A stretch of 40,026 nt of DNA from Candidatus Micrarchaeaceae archaeon. GTDB taxonomy: Archaea > Micrarchaeota > Micrarchaeia > Micrarchaeales > CABMGC01. Numbering within the stretch: the first letter of the stretch is position 1; every line of letters begins with the position of its first letter. This document shows positions 26,087 to 34,212 of the stretch, in pieces. The notes beneath the pieces are model-generated. The model was not told the DNA's origin. It saw nothing but the letters and a program-made list of their open reading frames with translations, and did not search any database. The position numbers were made by a program, and so were the translations under genes. Where the stretch lies: contig JAVZDR010000003.1 of assembly GCA_038873795.1 (NCBI GenBank), positions 1-40,026 on the forward strand, in the 5' to 3' direction.

Positions 26087-27167
26087 CGGCCATCACCAGG
26101 TCCAGGCTGCCAAGAATTGCGAAGAGGTCGGCAAATCTGCTACCCTTTACAAGATGCGGTAATACGGAAAGATTTACAAAAGGTGCGGATCTCAGCGCTA
26201 TCCTATATGGTCGCTGCTTATCTGTAACAAGATATGCCATGCCCTCGCCCCTCGGGAGTTCCCTATAGGCAACAGCTACCTCTTTCTTAGGGCTTGGAAT
26301 TATTAGCTTTATCCGCGAGCCGCGTGCATCGCCTGCTGGCATTTTCTTCAGCGCTTCTCTGATAAGCTTGATGCTCTCTTTCATTTCTTTCATTCTTACC
26401 CTATACCTTGCAAAGGAATCGCCGGCAACTTCAACTTGGGGCTCGAAATGCAACTTCTGGTAGACATAGTATGGCCTGGCGCTCCTCACATCATATGCGA
26501 CTCCCGAGCCCCTGAGTACGGGGCCTGTGACTCCATATTCTATGGCATCCTTCCTGCTCAGTATGCCAACTTTCTTGAGCCTCTCGGAAAAGACAGGATT
26601 CTTCTCGAGGAATTGCTCGTATTCCTTTATCTTCCTTTCAACCGAGTCGAGAGTGGTGAGAGCATGCTCTTCGAAGCCTGGGGGCAAATCATATAGGACG
26701 CCACCGAGGCGTATGTTAACGTAGAACATCCTGCTGCCAGTTGCTTCTTCAAGCAGCGAAAGCACTTTGTCCCTCTCCCTCATCGTCCATATGAAGAGGG
26801 TGAACATAACGCCTATATCGTTAGCCATTGTGCCAAGCCAGAGCAGATGGCTAGCTATCCTCTGCAGCTCAAGCATTATCACCCTTATGTACTGCGCCCT
26901 CTCGCTCACATTGATGCCCATTGCATCCTCGAGGGCCCCAATGTACAGATCAGGATATGCCATTGGAGCTGCATAATCTATCTTTTCCAAGTAGACTATG
27001 TTCTGCATGTACATCCTGTTCTCCATGAGCTTCTCAACTCCCCTGTGAAGGAAGCCTATGTGCGGCTCAACGTTGACTATTGTGTCGCCATCAAGGTCTA
27101 CCACAAGCCTGAGCACGCCGTGCGTGCTTGGATGCACGGGCCCTACATTGATTCTTGTTATAGCCAT
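26073..27167 (-). CDS. nuoD: Complex I-like subunit D
   Basis: GPVHPSTHGVLRL, GFLHRGVEK and C-terminal DLVMADVDR. No NiFe CxxC motifs. Start moved to the ATG at 27167. Confidence 0.94.
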   Translation of the reverse strand: MAITRINVGPVHPSTHGVLRLVVDLDGDTIVNVEPHIGFLHRGVEKLMENRMYMQNIVYLEKIDYAAPMAYPDLYIGALEDAMGINVSERAQYIRVIMLELQRIASHLLWLGTMANDIGVMFTLFIWTMRERDKVLSLLEEATGSRMFYVNIRLGGVLYDLPPGFEEHALTTLDSVERKIKEYEQFLEKNPVFSERLKKVGILSRKDAIEYGVTGPVLRGSGVAYDVRSARPYYVYQKLHFEPQVEVAGDSFARYRVRMKEMKESIKLIREALKKMPAGDARGSRIKLIIPSPKKEVAVAYRELPRGEGMAYLVTDKQRPYRIALRSAPFVNLSVLPHLVKGSRFADLFAILGSLDLVMADVDR

Positions 27168-27171
27168 TGCC

Positions 27172-27534
27172 TCAAACCCTGTATTTTGAGCCCCAAACAA
27201 AGCTTTTCCTGAGCGGAGCATCTGTGCCGTCCCACTTTTCAAGCAGGAGGCGTCTTGTATTTCTGCCTTCTATAAGTATGCCGAACATCTCATGCAGTTC
27301 CCTTTCATACCAGTCAGCAGCCTTGTAAAGAGGCACAACCGTAGGCACAGAAAGGCTGTCGTTTGGCAGATCAACTTCGACTGTTTCATCTTTCCTCTTT
27401 TCTATGTCTCTAAGAAAATACAAAATCTGCATGTGGTCTTGGTAGTCCACGGCAGTTATCTTGACAAGGTAGGAAAAGCCTTTGCCCTTGAGCTCCTTCA
27501 TGGCTTCTATAAGATTGGCTCTCTCAACCTTCAT
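27172..27534 (-). CDS. nuoC: Complex I-like subunit C
   Basis: [20 protein letters not shown] and PLRK. Confidence 0.93.
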   Translation of the reverse strand: MKVERANLIEAMKELKGKGFSYLVKITAVDYQDHMQILYFLRDIEKRKDETVEVDLPNDSLSVPTVVPLYKAADWYERELHEMFGILIEGRNTRRLLLEKWDGTDAPLRKSFVWGSKYRV

Positions 27535-28087
27535 TTTTCTTCACCTTTTCCTGGAGCTTCATCAGCGCCTCAAAGAGGTTTTCTGGCCTGGGCGGGCATC
27601 CCCCAACATAGACGTCTACTGGAAGAATCTGGTCTATGCCTTTTATTATATTGTAGCTCTCAAACCACGGGCCCCCTGATGTGGCGCACTCACCATAGGC
27701 TATCACGTATTTCGGGCTAGACATCTGCTCGTAAAGCCTCTTCATCTCGGGTGCAACCGACTTTGTGACCCAACCAGCGACAATCATGACATCGCATTGG
27801 CGCGGGCTGGCCCTGAAGAGGAGATAGCCTTTCCTCTCGGCATCTATCCTAGCAGAGCCGAAATCCATAAGTTCCATGGCGCAGCATGCCAGGCCGAACT
27901 GCATCGGCCACAGGGAATTAGTCTTAGCCCAGTTCAGCGCACCGCTGGCCGCAGCCTTTGTGAAATCAGAAAGTTTCATGAAGAATGCACTCCTCTTCGG
28001 CTTGTAGGTCTTCATTGACTCTACAACAAGCCTTTCCATTTCCTGCCTTGCATTCTCGAATCTAGTATCTTCGCTCATTGCTTTCAT
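27524..28087 (-). CDS. nuoB: Complex I-like subunit B
   Basis: [24 protein letters not shown] and [13 protein letters not shown]. Confidence 0.95.
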   Translation of the reverse strand: MKAMSEDTRFENARQEMERLVVESMKTYKPKRSAFFMKLSDFTKAAASGALNWAKTNSLWPMQFGLACCAMELMDFGSARIDAERKGYLLFRASPRQCDVMIVAGWVTKSVAPEMKRLYEQMSSPKYVIAYGECATSGGPWFESYNIIKGIDQILPVDVYVGGCPPRPENLFEALMKLQEKVKKNEG

Positions 28088-28442
28088 CTCCTTCTTTTGC
28101 GTGGGCTATTGCCATGGCAAGCATTGCAAATGCCATGGCGACAACCAGCAGTGCTATGATGGCTACGCCGCTCGCGAAAGCCATGCTCCTTGCCAGAGAT
28201 GCCCATATCAGCGTTATTATTACAATTATTTCAAAGCCGAGGAATATTGGGAAGTAATGCGAATACTCGAAGGGCATGCTTACAGCTTCGCCGATGCTCT
28301 CTTCTGCGCTCTCATAGATCGAGTTCTTCACAGGATTGCTTTCATCCCTGTATCTCACAAGCTTGGAGAAGAGGAGCAGCGCAAATATTATTGCAAAGGA
28401 GCATACGGCAATGACTGCTACAGAGAGATAGCTATTTATCAT
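28062..28442 (-). CDS. nuoA: Complex I-like subunit A
   Basis: Three TM helices with a KNSIYESAE loop and IFLGFE. First gene of the operon. Confidence 0.88.
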   Translation of the reverse strand: MINSYLSVAVIAVCSFAIIFALLLFSKLVRYRDESNPVKNSIYESAEESIGEAVSMPFEYSHYFPIFLGFEIIVIITLIWASLARSMAFASGVAIIALLVVAMAFAMLAMAIAHAKEGDESNERRY

Positions 28443-28499
28443 ATTTCTTATATAGGAATATACTTATTTATAGATTATTTGAGTCAGTGGGATATTTTT

Positions 28500-28766
28500 A
28501 TGGGTTTGAGCAAAGCGGCCGAATATGCGCTGAAACACGGAAGCATAAAGATACGGGTAAAAAGGAGTGGGATGTTCCAGCAGATTACCTTCAAGGTGAA
28601 AAGGGTAAGCGAAGCAAACATCGTATTTACGGAGCTTTTCACAGAAAGGATAATCGACACATCTGAGCTGCTGAGGGTTGCCAGTGAGATAGGTATGCCA
28701 GTCGAGGCACCCAATGGGAGGGCCTTCCCTGCCGGCACTTCTGCAAGCGATTTTACAGCTATTTAG
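28500..28766 (+). CDS. Hypothetical protein (88 aa), divergent from nuoA
   Basis: C-terminal part of the 28101-28766 ORF, starting at the ATG at 28500 (MGLSKAAEY...) after an AT-rich divergent intergenic region. Confidence 0.7.
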   Translation: MGLSKAAEYALKHGSIKIRVKRSGMFQQITFKVKRVSEANIVFTELFTERIIDTSELLRVASEIGMPVEAPNGRAFPAGTSASDFTAI

Positions 28767-28914
28767 CCTTCACCTGCCTTCCAACTTTGCATGCTGTGCA
28801 GATGCCTAGCCTTGAGTCAAAGTGCTCATCACATACGCGCCTGCCGCAAAGCTTGCAAACGTGCTTGGCCTGCTTGAGATGGCAGATGTCGCAGAGCACG
28901 GCAATATCACCCAT
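28759..28914 (-). CDS. Small Cys/His-rich zinc-finger protein (51 aa), absent from the ORF track
   Basis: Manual translation gives MGDIAVLCDICHLKQAKHVCKLCGRRVCDEHFDSRLGICTACKVGRQVKAK, with four CxxC/CxxH pairs. The start overlaps the primase gene stop by 8 nt. Confidence 0.85.
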   Translation of the reverse strand: MGDIAVLCDICHLKQAKHVCKLCGRRVCDEHFDSRLGICTACKVGRQVKAK

Positions 28915-29890
28915 TTGAATCACCGAACATCTCACCTAGCAGTTCCTTTGCTCTTTTGAACGAGAGCGGGCGGAGACCACGCTTTTTTGAATACGAGCAT
29001 TGATACCTTATGTAGCTTTCTGTTATGTTTGTATTTGGGTTAAGCTCCTTGCACCTCTCTATGTATTTGCTTATGACATCGGCAGCCTGCTCCTCGCTAA
29101 GTCCTTTTACATTTACCAGATATGGTGCGAGCACTATATTGACAATCCTGTGCCTGAAATCGGGAAGGGGTGTGTTAAGCAAGCGCTCTATCCATGCATA
29201 TCTGCCCGAAGGCGCTGAAGGGGTAGGCATTGGACCGATGGCAGCCTCTATAGCAGCTCTGCTTATCGTTTTTGACGCGCTGACAACCTCTTTAGGGATA
29301 TTTTTCTGTGGTATCGGCATGTTCTCGAGCAGCTTCTGCCTGATTCTGACGCGTAGCAGTTTTGCTGCGGTGTACCTATCAAAGATAACTTGGCCGCCGA
29401 GGAGCATTTGATGGACGAGAGAAAGAGAGTCATCATACTTTGAAATATTTATGTATTCGTAGAACGGCATCTTGAAAGATGCATGCTTGTAGCCGCTTTC
29501 TGATATCTGCACTCCCAGCTCTTCTGAAAGGTGGAGTATGTTTTCTTCGGTGTCTTCGATTATTGCTGTATAAGAACGTTCAGCCTCAGAGGCTGCAAGT
29601 TTTTTCACAGCATATAAGCCGAGTGCGCTTGCTATCATGCGTGCATAGGCATAGCCTATGACGTATGCGGACTTTATCTCGTTGTACGACGTCCTCGTGT
29701 ATTTGAGGTTCTCACCCTTCAGCGCATTCTCAACCTCTATTGCACCTAGTTTCAGGTGTTCTGGGTCTATCTTGCTTATTCCAAGGCTCTCGACTAGCTT
29801 TTTGGCTTCTTCTGAGAATGGATATCTGTATGCAAACTCAATAGCATCGTTTTCTATAGCCATTGCATCTATGCCTGCTATTCCTTCCAT
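28907..29890 (-). CDS. priL: DNA primase non-catalytic subunit: PriL N-terminal domain plus PriX-like C-terminal domain
   Basis: YRYPFSEEAK and the PriL-like helical NTD; C-terminal WIERLLNTPLPDFRHRIVNIVLAPYLVNVKGLS is PriX-like. The true start may be a few codons downstream. Confidence 0.75.
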   Translation of the reverse strand: MEGIAGIDAMAIENDAIEFAYRYPFSEEAKKLVESLGISKIDPEHLKLGAIEVENALKGENLKYTRTSYNEIKSAYVIGYAYARMIASALGLYAVKKLAASEAERSYTAIIEDTEENILHLSEELGVQISESGYKHASFKMPFYEYINISKYDDSLSLVHQMLLGGQVIFDRYTAAKLLRVRIRQKLLENMPIPQKNIPKEVVSASKTISRAAIEAAIGPMPTPSAPSGRYAWIERLLNTPLPDFRHRIVNIVLAPYLVNVKGLSEEQAADVISKYIERCKELNPNTNITESYIRYQCSYSKKRGLRPLSFKRAKELLGEMFGDSNG

Positions 29891-30627
29891 TGAAGGAATG
29901 TGTCAAATGCCCTTCTGTATGTCTCTAAAGTGCCTATGTCGAACCATCTCCCTTTATATACATAGCCCAAGACCTCACTATTCTTTATGAGCCACTCTAT
30001 GAAGTTACCTATGCTATCGGTATTGGCGGAGTTCTTGAGGTATATGCCAAAGTACTTGAGGGACTCTTTTGGAAATATGTATATTCCTGTGCTTATGAGT
30101 GTTGACTCTGGATTTGCTGGCTTCTCCGCAAATGCGGAAATCCTTTCACCACTGAGCCTGACTACACCAAACCTCTTTGCCTCATCTGCTGATTTTATAT
30201 CGTAGAGAGCTATTGTTGGCTTCCTGCGCTTTTCGTAAAAGAGCAGCATATCCTTTACAGAAAAATCATAGAGGTTGTCGCCTGCGATTACTGTTAGGTC
30301 ATCATCGATCTTTTCCTTCTCTATTGCGTATTCTATGCCTTTTATGGCGCCGTACTTCTCGGCGTTGTTTTTCGAGGGTTCGACAACCATGCTCACCCTT
30401 ATGCCTGGGCTGTTTATGCGAAGGCCTAGCCAGTATCTGAACGAACCTTCGAATTTGGAGTTTGTGCTTATTGTTATCTCGCTTATCCCTGATCTTATCA
30501 CATCGTCAAGTATGTACTCTATTATAGGCTTGCCGCCTGCACCTATAGGAAGCAGAGGCTTTGGCATAAAATACGTTATCGGCTCAAGCCTTGTCGCAAA
30601 GCCGCCGCATAGTATCAATGCCTTCAT
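29878..30627 (-). CDS. Sugar-phosphate nucleotidyltransferase (glucose-1-phosphate thymidylyltransferase-like)
   Basis: ILCGGFATRLEP, PKPLLP, IAGDN, RFGVV, FAEKP and WFDIGT. Confidence 0.9.
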   Translation of the reverse strand: MKALILCGGFATRLEPITYFMPKPLLPIGAGGKPIIEYILDDVIRSGISEITISTNSKFEGSFRYWLGLRINSPGIRVSMVVEPSKNNAEKYGAIKGIEYAIEKEKIDDDLTVIAGDNLYDFSVKDMLLFYEKRRKPTIALYDIKSADEAKRFGVVRLSGERISAFAEKPANPESTLISTGIYIFPKESLKYFGIYLKNSANTDSIGNFIEWLIKNSEVLGYVYKGRWFDIGTLETYRRAFDTFLQWKE

Positions 30628-30764
30628 CCAATCACATCACCATCTCAGATGAAATTAGTTTGCCTAATGTTGTTGCTAACATGCTTTCCACTACTTTTAT
30701 AGCTGTTTTATGCTATTTATTATGGTTTTCCGCTTTAAAAGCTTATCTTCGAAGAAGTGAAACA

Positions 30765-31655
30765 ATGGCAAATGTGGTTGTTGCTGTACCGCTAGACAAG
30801 AAGCTAGCTGAGTTCATAGGAAAGAAGGGCACCGAGAATAGCATAACGTTTTACAATAGGCGCACTGAAAACGGCACTATAGTTGCGCTGGCGCCTACAA
30901 GCATCGATGAGAAGTTCTATGCTGTCGCAGAAAGCATACTGATTGCAGGCGGAATAGTCTTGAGCACTGAAAACGTCAATGCCGCTTTTGGCGAGATGCT
31001 CGTTGCTGCGGCCTTATCGGGAAAGCCGGTGATTTTTGTCGGAGACAATAGAATAAATGGATTTGCAAAGAACGCAAAGATAGAAAAGTTTACATATGTG
31101 GGCTTAGAGGGCTTGATTGGCGAAATCGAAAGGCTCGGAATTCCAGAAGGAGGCGGAAAACGTGTCGACATAGACAAGGCCTTCAAGGTCACAGGCATAG
31201 GCACTGTGGTTTTGGGCGTTGTGACTTCTGGCAAGATAGCTGTCCATGACGAGCTTTACCATACTTCTGGAAAGAAGGTAACTGTAAAGTCGATACAGAT
31301 TCAAGATGAGGATAAGAGTGAAGCTGGGGCTGGATCTAGAGTCGGGCTGGCCCTGAAGAATATAGAGCCTGATGAGATAGAAAAGGGGGATTTGCTAACC
31401 GACAAAATTGTTGAAAGGCGTGATATGCTCAATGTGGAATTGAAGAAAAGCGAGTTCGGAAACGAAAGTATAGAAGAGGGAAAAACATTTATGTTTGCTT
31501 CAAATTTCTCATATGCCAGCGTTTCAGTAAAGGAAGCAAGCGGGGATGGTGCAAAGCTGCAACTGGACAAACCGCTGCCCCTGGTGCCTGGAGACAATTT
31601 CTTTCTGATAAGAGGAAAGGTGCCAAGGATATTTGCGTTCGGAAAAATCGTCTGA
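30765..31655 (+). CDS. SelB-like/EF-Tu-domain protein with a degenerate G domain
   Basis: EF-Tu domain II signature IDKAFKVTGIGTVVLGVVTSG...VKSIQ...GSRVGLALK. The N-terminal GKKG(T) is not a canonical P-loop. Start moved to the ATG at 30765. Confidence 0.8.
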   Translation: MANVVVAVPLDKKLAEFIGKKGTENSITFYNRRTENGTIVALAPTSIDEKFYAVAESILIAGGIVLSTENVNAAFGEMLVAAALSGKPVIFVGDNRINGFAKNAKIEKFTYVGLEGLIGEIERLGIPEGGGKRVDIDKAFKVTGIGTVVLGVVTSGKIAVHDELYHTSGKKVTVKSIQIQDEDKSEAGAGSRVGLALKNIEPDEIEKGDLLTDKIVERRDMLNVELKKSEFGNESIEEGKTFMFASNFSYASVSVKEASGDGAKLQLDKPLPLVPGDNFFLIRGKVPRIFAFGKIV

Positions 31656-31667
31656 TATCGTGAAACT

Positions 31668-32144
31668 ATGAAGAGATGCATAGTTGCTGGGGCTGCTGTC
31701 TTTAACAAGCGCGGAGAACTGTTGCTCATCAAGCACAGGAAATTGGGTATATGGGTTTATCCTGGCGGTCACCTTGAAGATGGCGAAAACCCGATGGAGT
31801 GCGCTAAAAGGGAAGTCAAGGAAGAAACCGGCATAGATATAAGGATTGTGGATCCTGTGCGCAGGCAGCGAATAAAATTTGACGGTGCTGTAGTTGTAGA
31901 AAACCCGATAGTTGTGGTCATTGAAGATGTTCCCTACAAAACAGGCCACCATGAGCACTTCGACATAGTGTACCTTGCACTTTCGAAGGGGTCATGGAAA
32001 AATGCAAAGAATTCTGAGGGAAACAAAACGAGATGGCTCGGCAAGGATGAGATAACCAAACTAGAAACATTCGAAAACGTGAAATTCGTAATAAAAGAGG
32101 CATTCTCTAGCTACGAACGCTTTATGCACTCAAGGCTTGGCTAG
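31668..32144 (+). CDS. NUDIX hydrolase
   Basis: Nudix box PGGHLEDGENPMECAKREVKEETG, plus HEHFD. Confidence 0.93.
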   Translation: MKRCIVAGAAVFNKRGELLLIKHRKLGIWVYPGGHLEDGENPMECAKREVKEETGIDIRIVDPVRRQRIKFDGAVVVENPIVVVIEDVPYKTGHHEHFDIVYLALSKGSWKNAKNSEGNKTRWLGKDEITKLETFENVKFVIKEAFSSYERFMHSRLG

Positions 32145-33224
32145 CCACAGGAATTCAACAGCAACCTCAACAACAATAAGGACTATTATTATCACTTCTA
32201 GGAGGTAGTTTGTTTCCTCCTGCACCATGTCCTCCACGAAGCCCCTTATTTTTTCGAGCATTTCAAGGTTCTCGCTCAGTGAATTGTACCAGTCCCTCAG
32301 CTTGAAGCTCTCTGAGAAGAGGGAATAGAGCTTTGCAAGGTACCATTCGCCGAAGCCGTAGACTATGTTGTTTGCGCTGTTGACCATGTCCTTTGTTTCA
32401 TCGTAGAATTCGCCTATCTCGAGGCTGAGCCTGGCAAGGTTTTTTCTTGCCCCGAATATCTTGAAAGGATTCGACTTGACCGTGCCAGAAAACCTTTCGT
32501 TGACCGTCTTTATGCGCTTGCTTATATCGTCATGGTAGGCCCTGAATTCGAGAAGCTGAATGTTAGCTATTTCTGCTATTAGAAGTTCGTGTTCGTAGTT
32601 TTTGCTCTCCGTTACGAAGACCGTTGCATCCCAATCTATTACGGCTATTTCGCTTTTGTAGTATGAGATGCGCTTTGAAATGGTGCTTCTGAGGTACGAT
32701 TCTGATATGTTTGCGTAGTTTTTATCCTCGAGAAGGAGGCCTGCAATAAGTCTCTTGTTCTTGCTGTAGAAAGACTCCTTGTCTGCGTCTATCACATATA
32801 TCCTGTAAGTCTCAAAGGTGTCCTTGGTTGTGGCATCTGTGGCTTTTTGCAGGGCTTTTTCAGTCCTTTGCTTCACGTCTGATGCCATGCTTTTTATAGA
32901 ATTGTTGAAGTCTTGGTCGAAGGTAAGGTCCTCCAGAAGCGAGGCATTGGTCCCAGGAACCTGCACCCTTATCCTTACTGAAAATGCACCGATTTCATAT
33001 ATTGATACTTCTCTTTTTACGGCAAGCTTTGTCGAGCCGAACGCTATTTCTGTTGCCTTAAGATTGAATATTGTCGGTATATTGAATGTTGCTATTTCTT
33101 CCGGGATCGTTTTTTCGTGCTCATAAGATGAAAAGTCCTCTGCGCCCTTGAATATGTTCTTGATTTTGCTGGCATCAAGCTTTTTGCTCAGGTCATATGC
33201 AAAAAGATATATCAGCTCGCTCAT
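32130..33224 (-). CDS. Hypothetical protein with a C-terminal TM helix (RMD1/DUF155-like, tentative)
   Basis: IDWDA, ANIQLLEFRAYHD and EWYLAKLY, with a C-terminal LEVIIIVLIVVEV pattern. Start placed at the ATG at 33224. Confidence 0.6.
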   Translation of the reverse strand: MSELIYLFAYDLSKKLDASKIKNIFKGAEDFSSYEHEKTIPEEIATFNIPTIFNLKATEIAFGSTKLAVKREVSIYEIGAFSVRIRVQVPGTNASLLEDLTFDQDFNNSIKSMASDVKQRTEKALQKATDATTKDTFETYRIYVIDADKESFYSKNKRLIAGLLLEDKNYANISESYLRSTISKRISYYKSEIAVIDWDATVFVTESKNYEHELLIAEIANIQLLEFRAYHDDISKRIKTVNERFSGTVKSNPFKIFGARKNLARLSLEIGEFYDETKDMVNSANNIVYGFGEWYLAKLYSLFSESFKLRDWYNSLSENLEMLEKIRGFVEDMVQEETNYLLEVIIIVLIVVEVAVEFLWLAKP

Positions 33225-33389
33225 TTCGATCACCAGGGCGCGCATTCGCCATCATAGGATTATATATTATATAAACTTGTGCTGTCTATTTATATATCTT
33301 ATCTGAGCAATCTTAGCAGCGGGCAATCCAATGCCTGAAGGGGCAAATACTGTAAAATCATTTGTAAAAAAAATGTTGGTTGGTTAGGT

Positions 33390-34163
33390 GTGTTTATGCA
33401 TAAGGGAATTATAGCATACATAGTTATTCTTGTATTACTTATTATAGTGGCTCTGATTCTGTATCTACCTTCCCAGCACCCAAAAATAACAACAACTACC
33501 GCAACCACAACAGCTAATAAAACCACGACTTCAACAACAATACCAATCGGGGTAACTACGAAAACGACTTCTGTGCCGACAACCATATTTAGCTTATGCA
33601 CCTCTGCCAATGAAACTGTGCCAATAGCGAATGGTGATTTTTCAACAGGTACATATGCAGGGTGGAATGTTACCGGTTATGGCTTTGGGACTGCGCCCCT
33701 CAACATAACATATGCCAACGAAAATGGCGGCTACTACAACCACACATGGACAGGAATCAATTATACTTTTATTGCGACAACATTCCATGGAGGCCTGGCA
33801 CTTCAACCAGGCAACATCACATCAGCGCCTTTCAAGGTGGTAGAGCCTTATCTAAATTTCAAGATAATTTCACCCCAAAATAATCTGCTTTATATAGAGC
33901 TGCTTCAAAATGGCAAGGTCGTATTCACAGTGCACTATAACACATATGCCGCACCGAATAATCAATACCCAACAAGCGAATTCGTCAATGCTTCGATACC
34001 TATCTCAATATTCATGTGCCAAAATATAAGCATAAGAGTTGTTGCTGGTGTGGTTGGTACAATAGCGACGCATTCGCAGTATATAGCGGTTACCGGTTTC
34101 TACCAGAGCAAGACCCCGACTTATACCCCAGATATAGTGGTGAACCAGACAATAACGCCATGA
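33390..34163 (+). CDS. Membrane-anchored surface glycoprotein with a Thr-rich linker
   Basis: N-terminal TM, TTTTATTTANKTTTSTT linker, NGDFSTG...GW beta-sandwich-like start and several N-x-S/T sequons. Confidence 0.8.
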   Translation: MFMHKGIIAYIVILVLLIIVALILYLPSQHPKITTTTATTTANKTTTSTTIPIGVTTKTTSVPTTIFSLCTSANETVPIANGDFSTGTYAGWNVTGYGFGTAPLNITYANENGGYYNHTWTGINYTFIATTFHGGLALQPGNITSAPFKVVEPYLNFKIISPQNNLLYIELLQNGKVVFTVHYNTYAAPNNQYPTSEFVNASIPISIFMCQNISIRVVAGVVGTIATHSQYIAVTGFYQSKTPTYTPDIVVNQTITP

Positions 34164-34212
34164 TCAACTGACTGTAGAAAATATTCATATATTGTTGCTT
34201 CGGTTGTTAATC

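Noticed and set aside
26073-28087. Group 4 NiFe hydrogenase
   Set aside because: The large subunit lacks both CxxC nickel-binding motifs, and the small subunit has the complex I tandem CC motif.
33485-33590. ACA/ACC-rich quasi-repeat
   Set aside because: It is explained by the Thr-rich linker codons of the surface protein and is not an independent DNA repeat.
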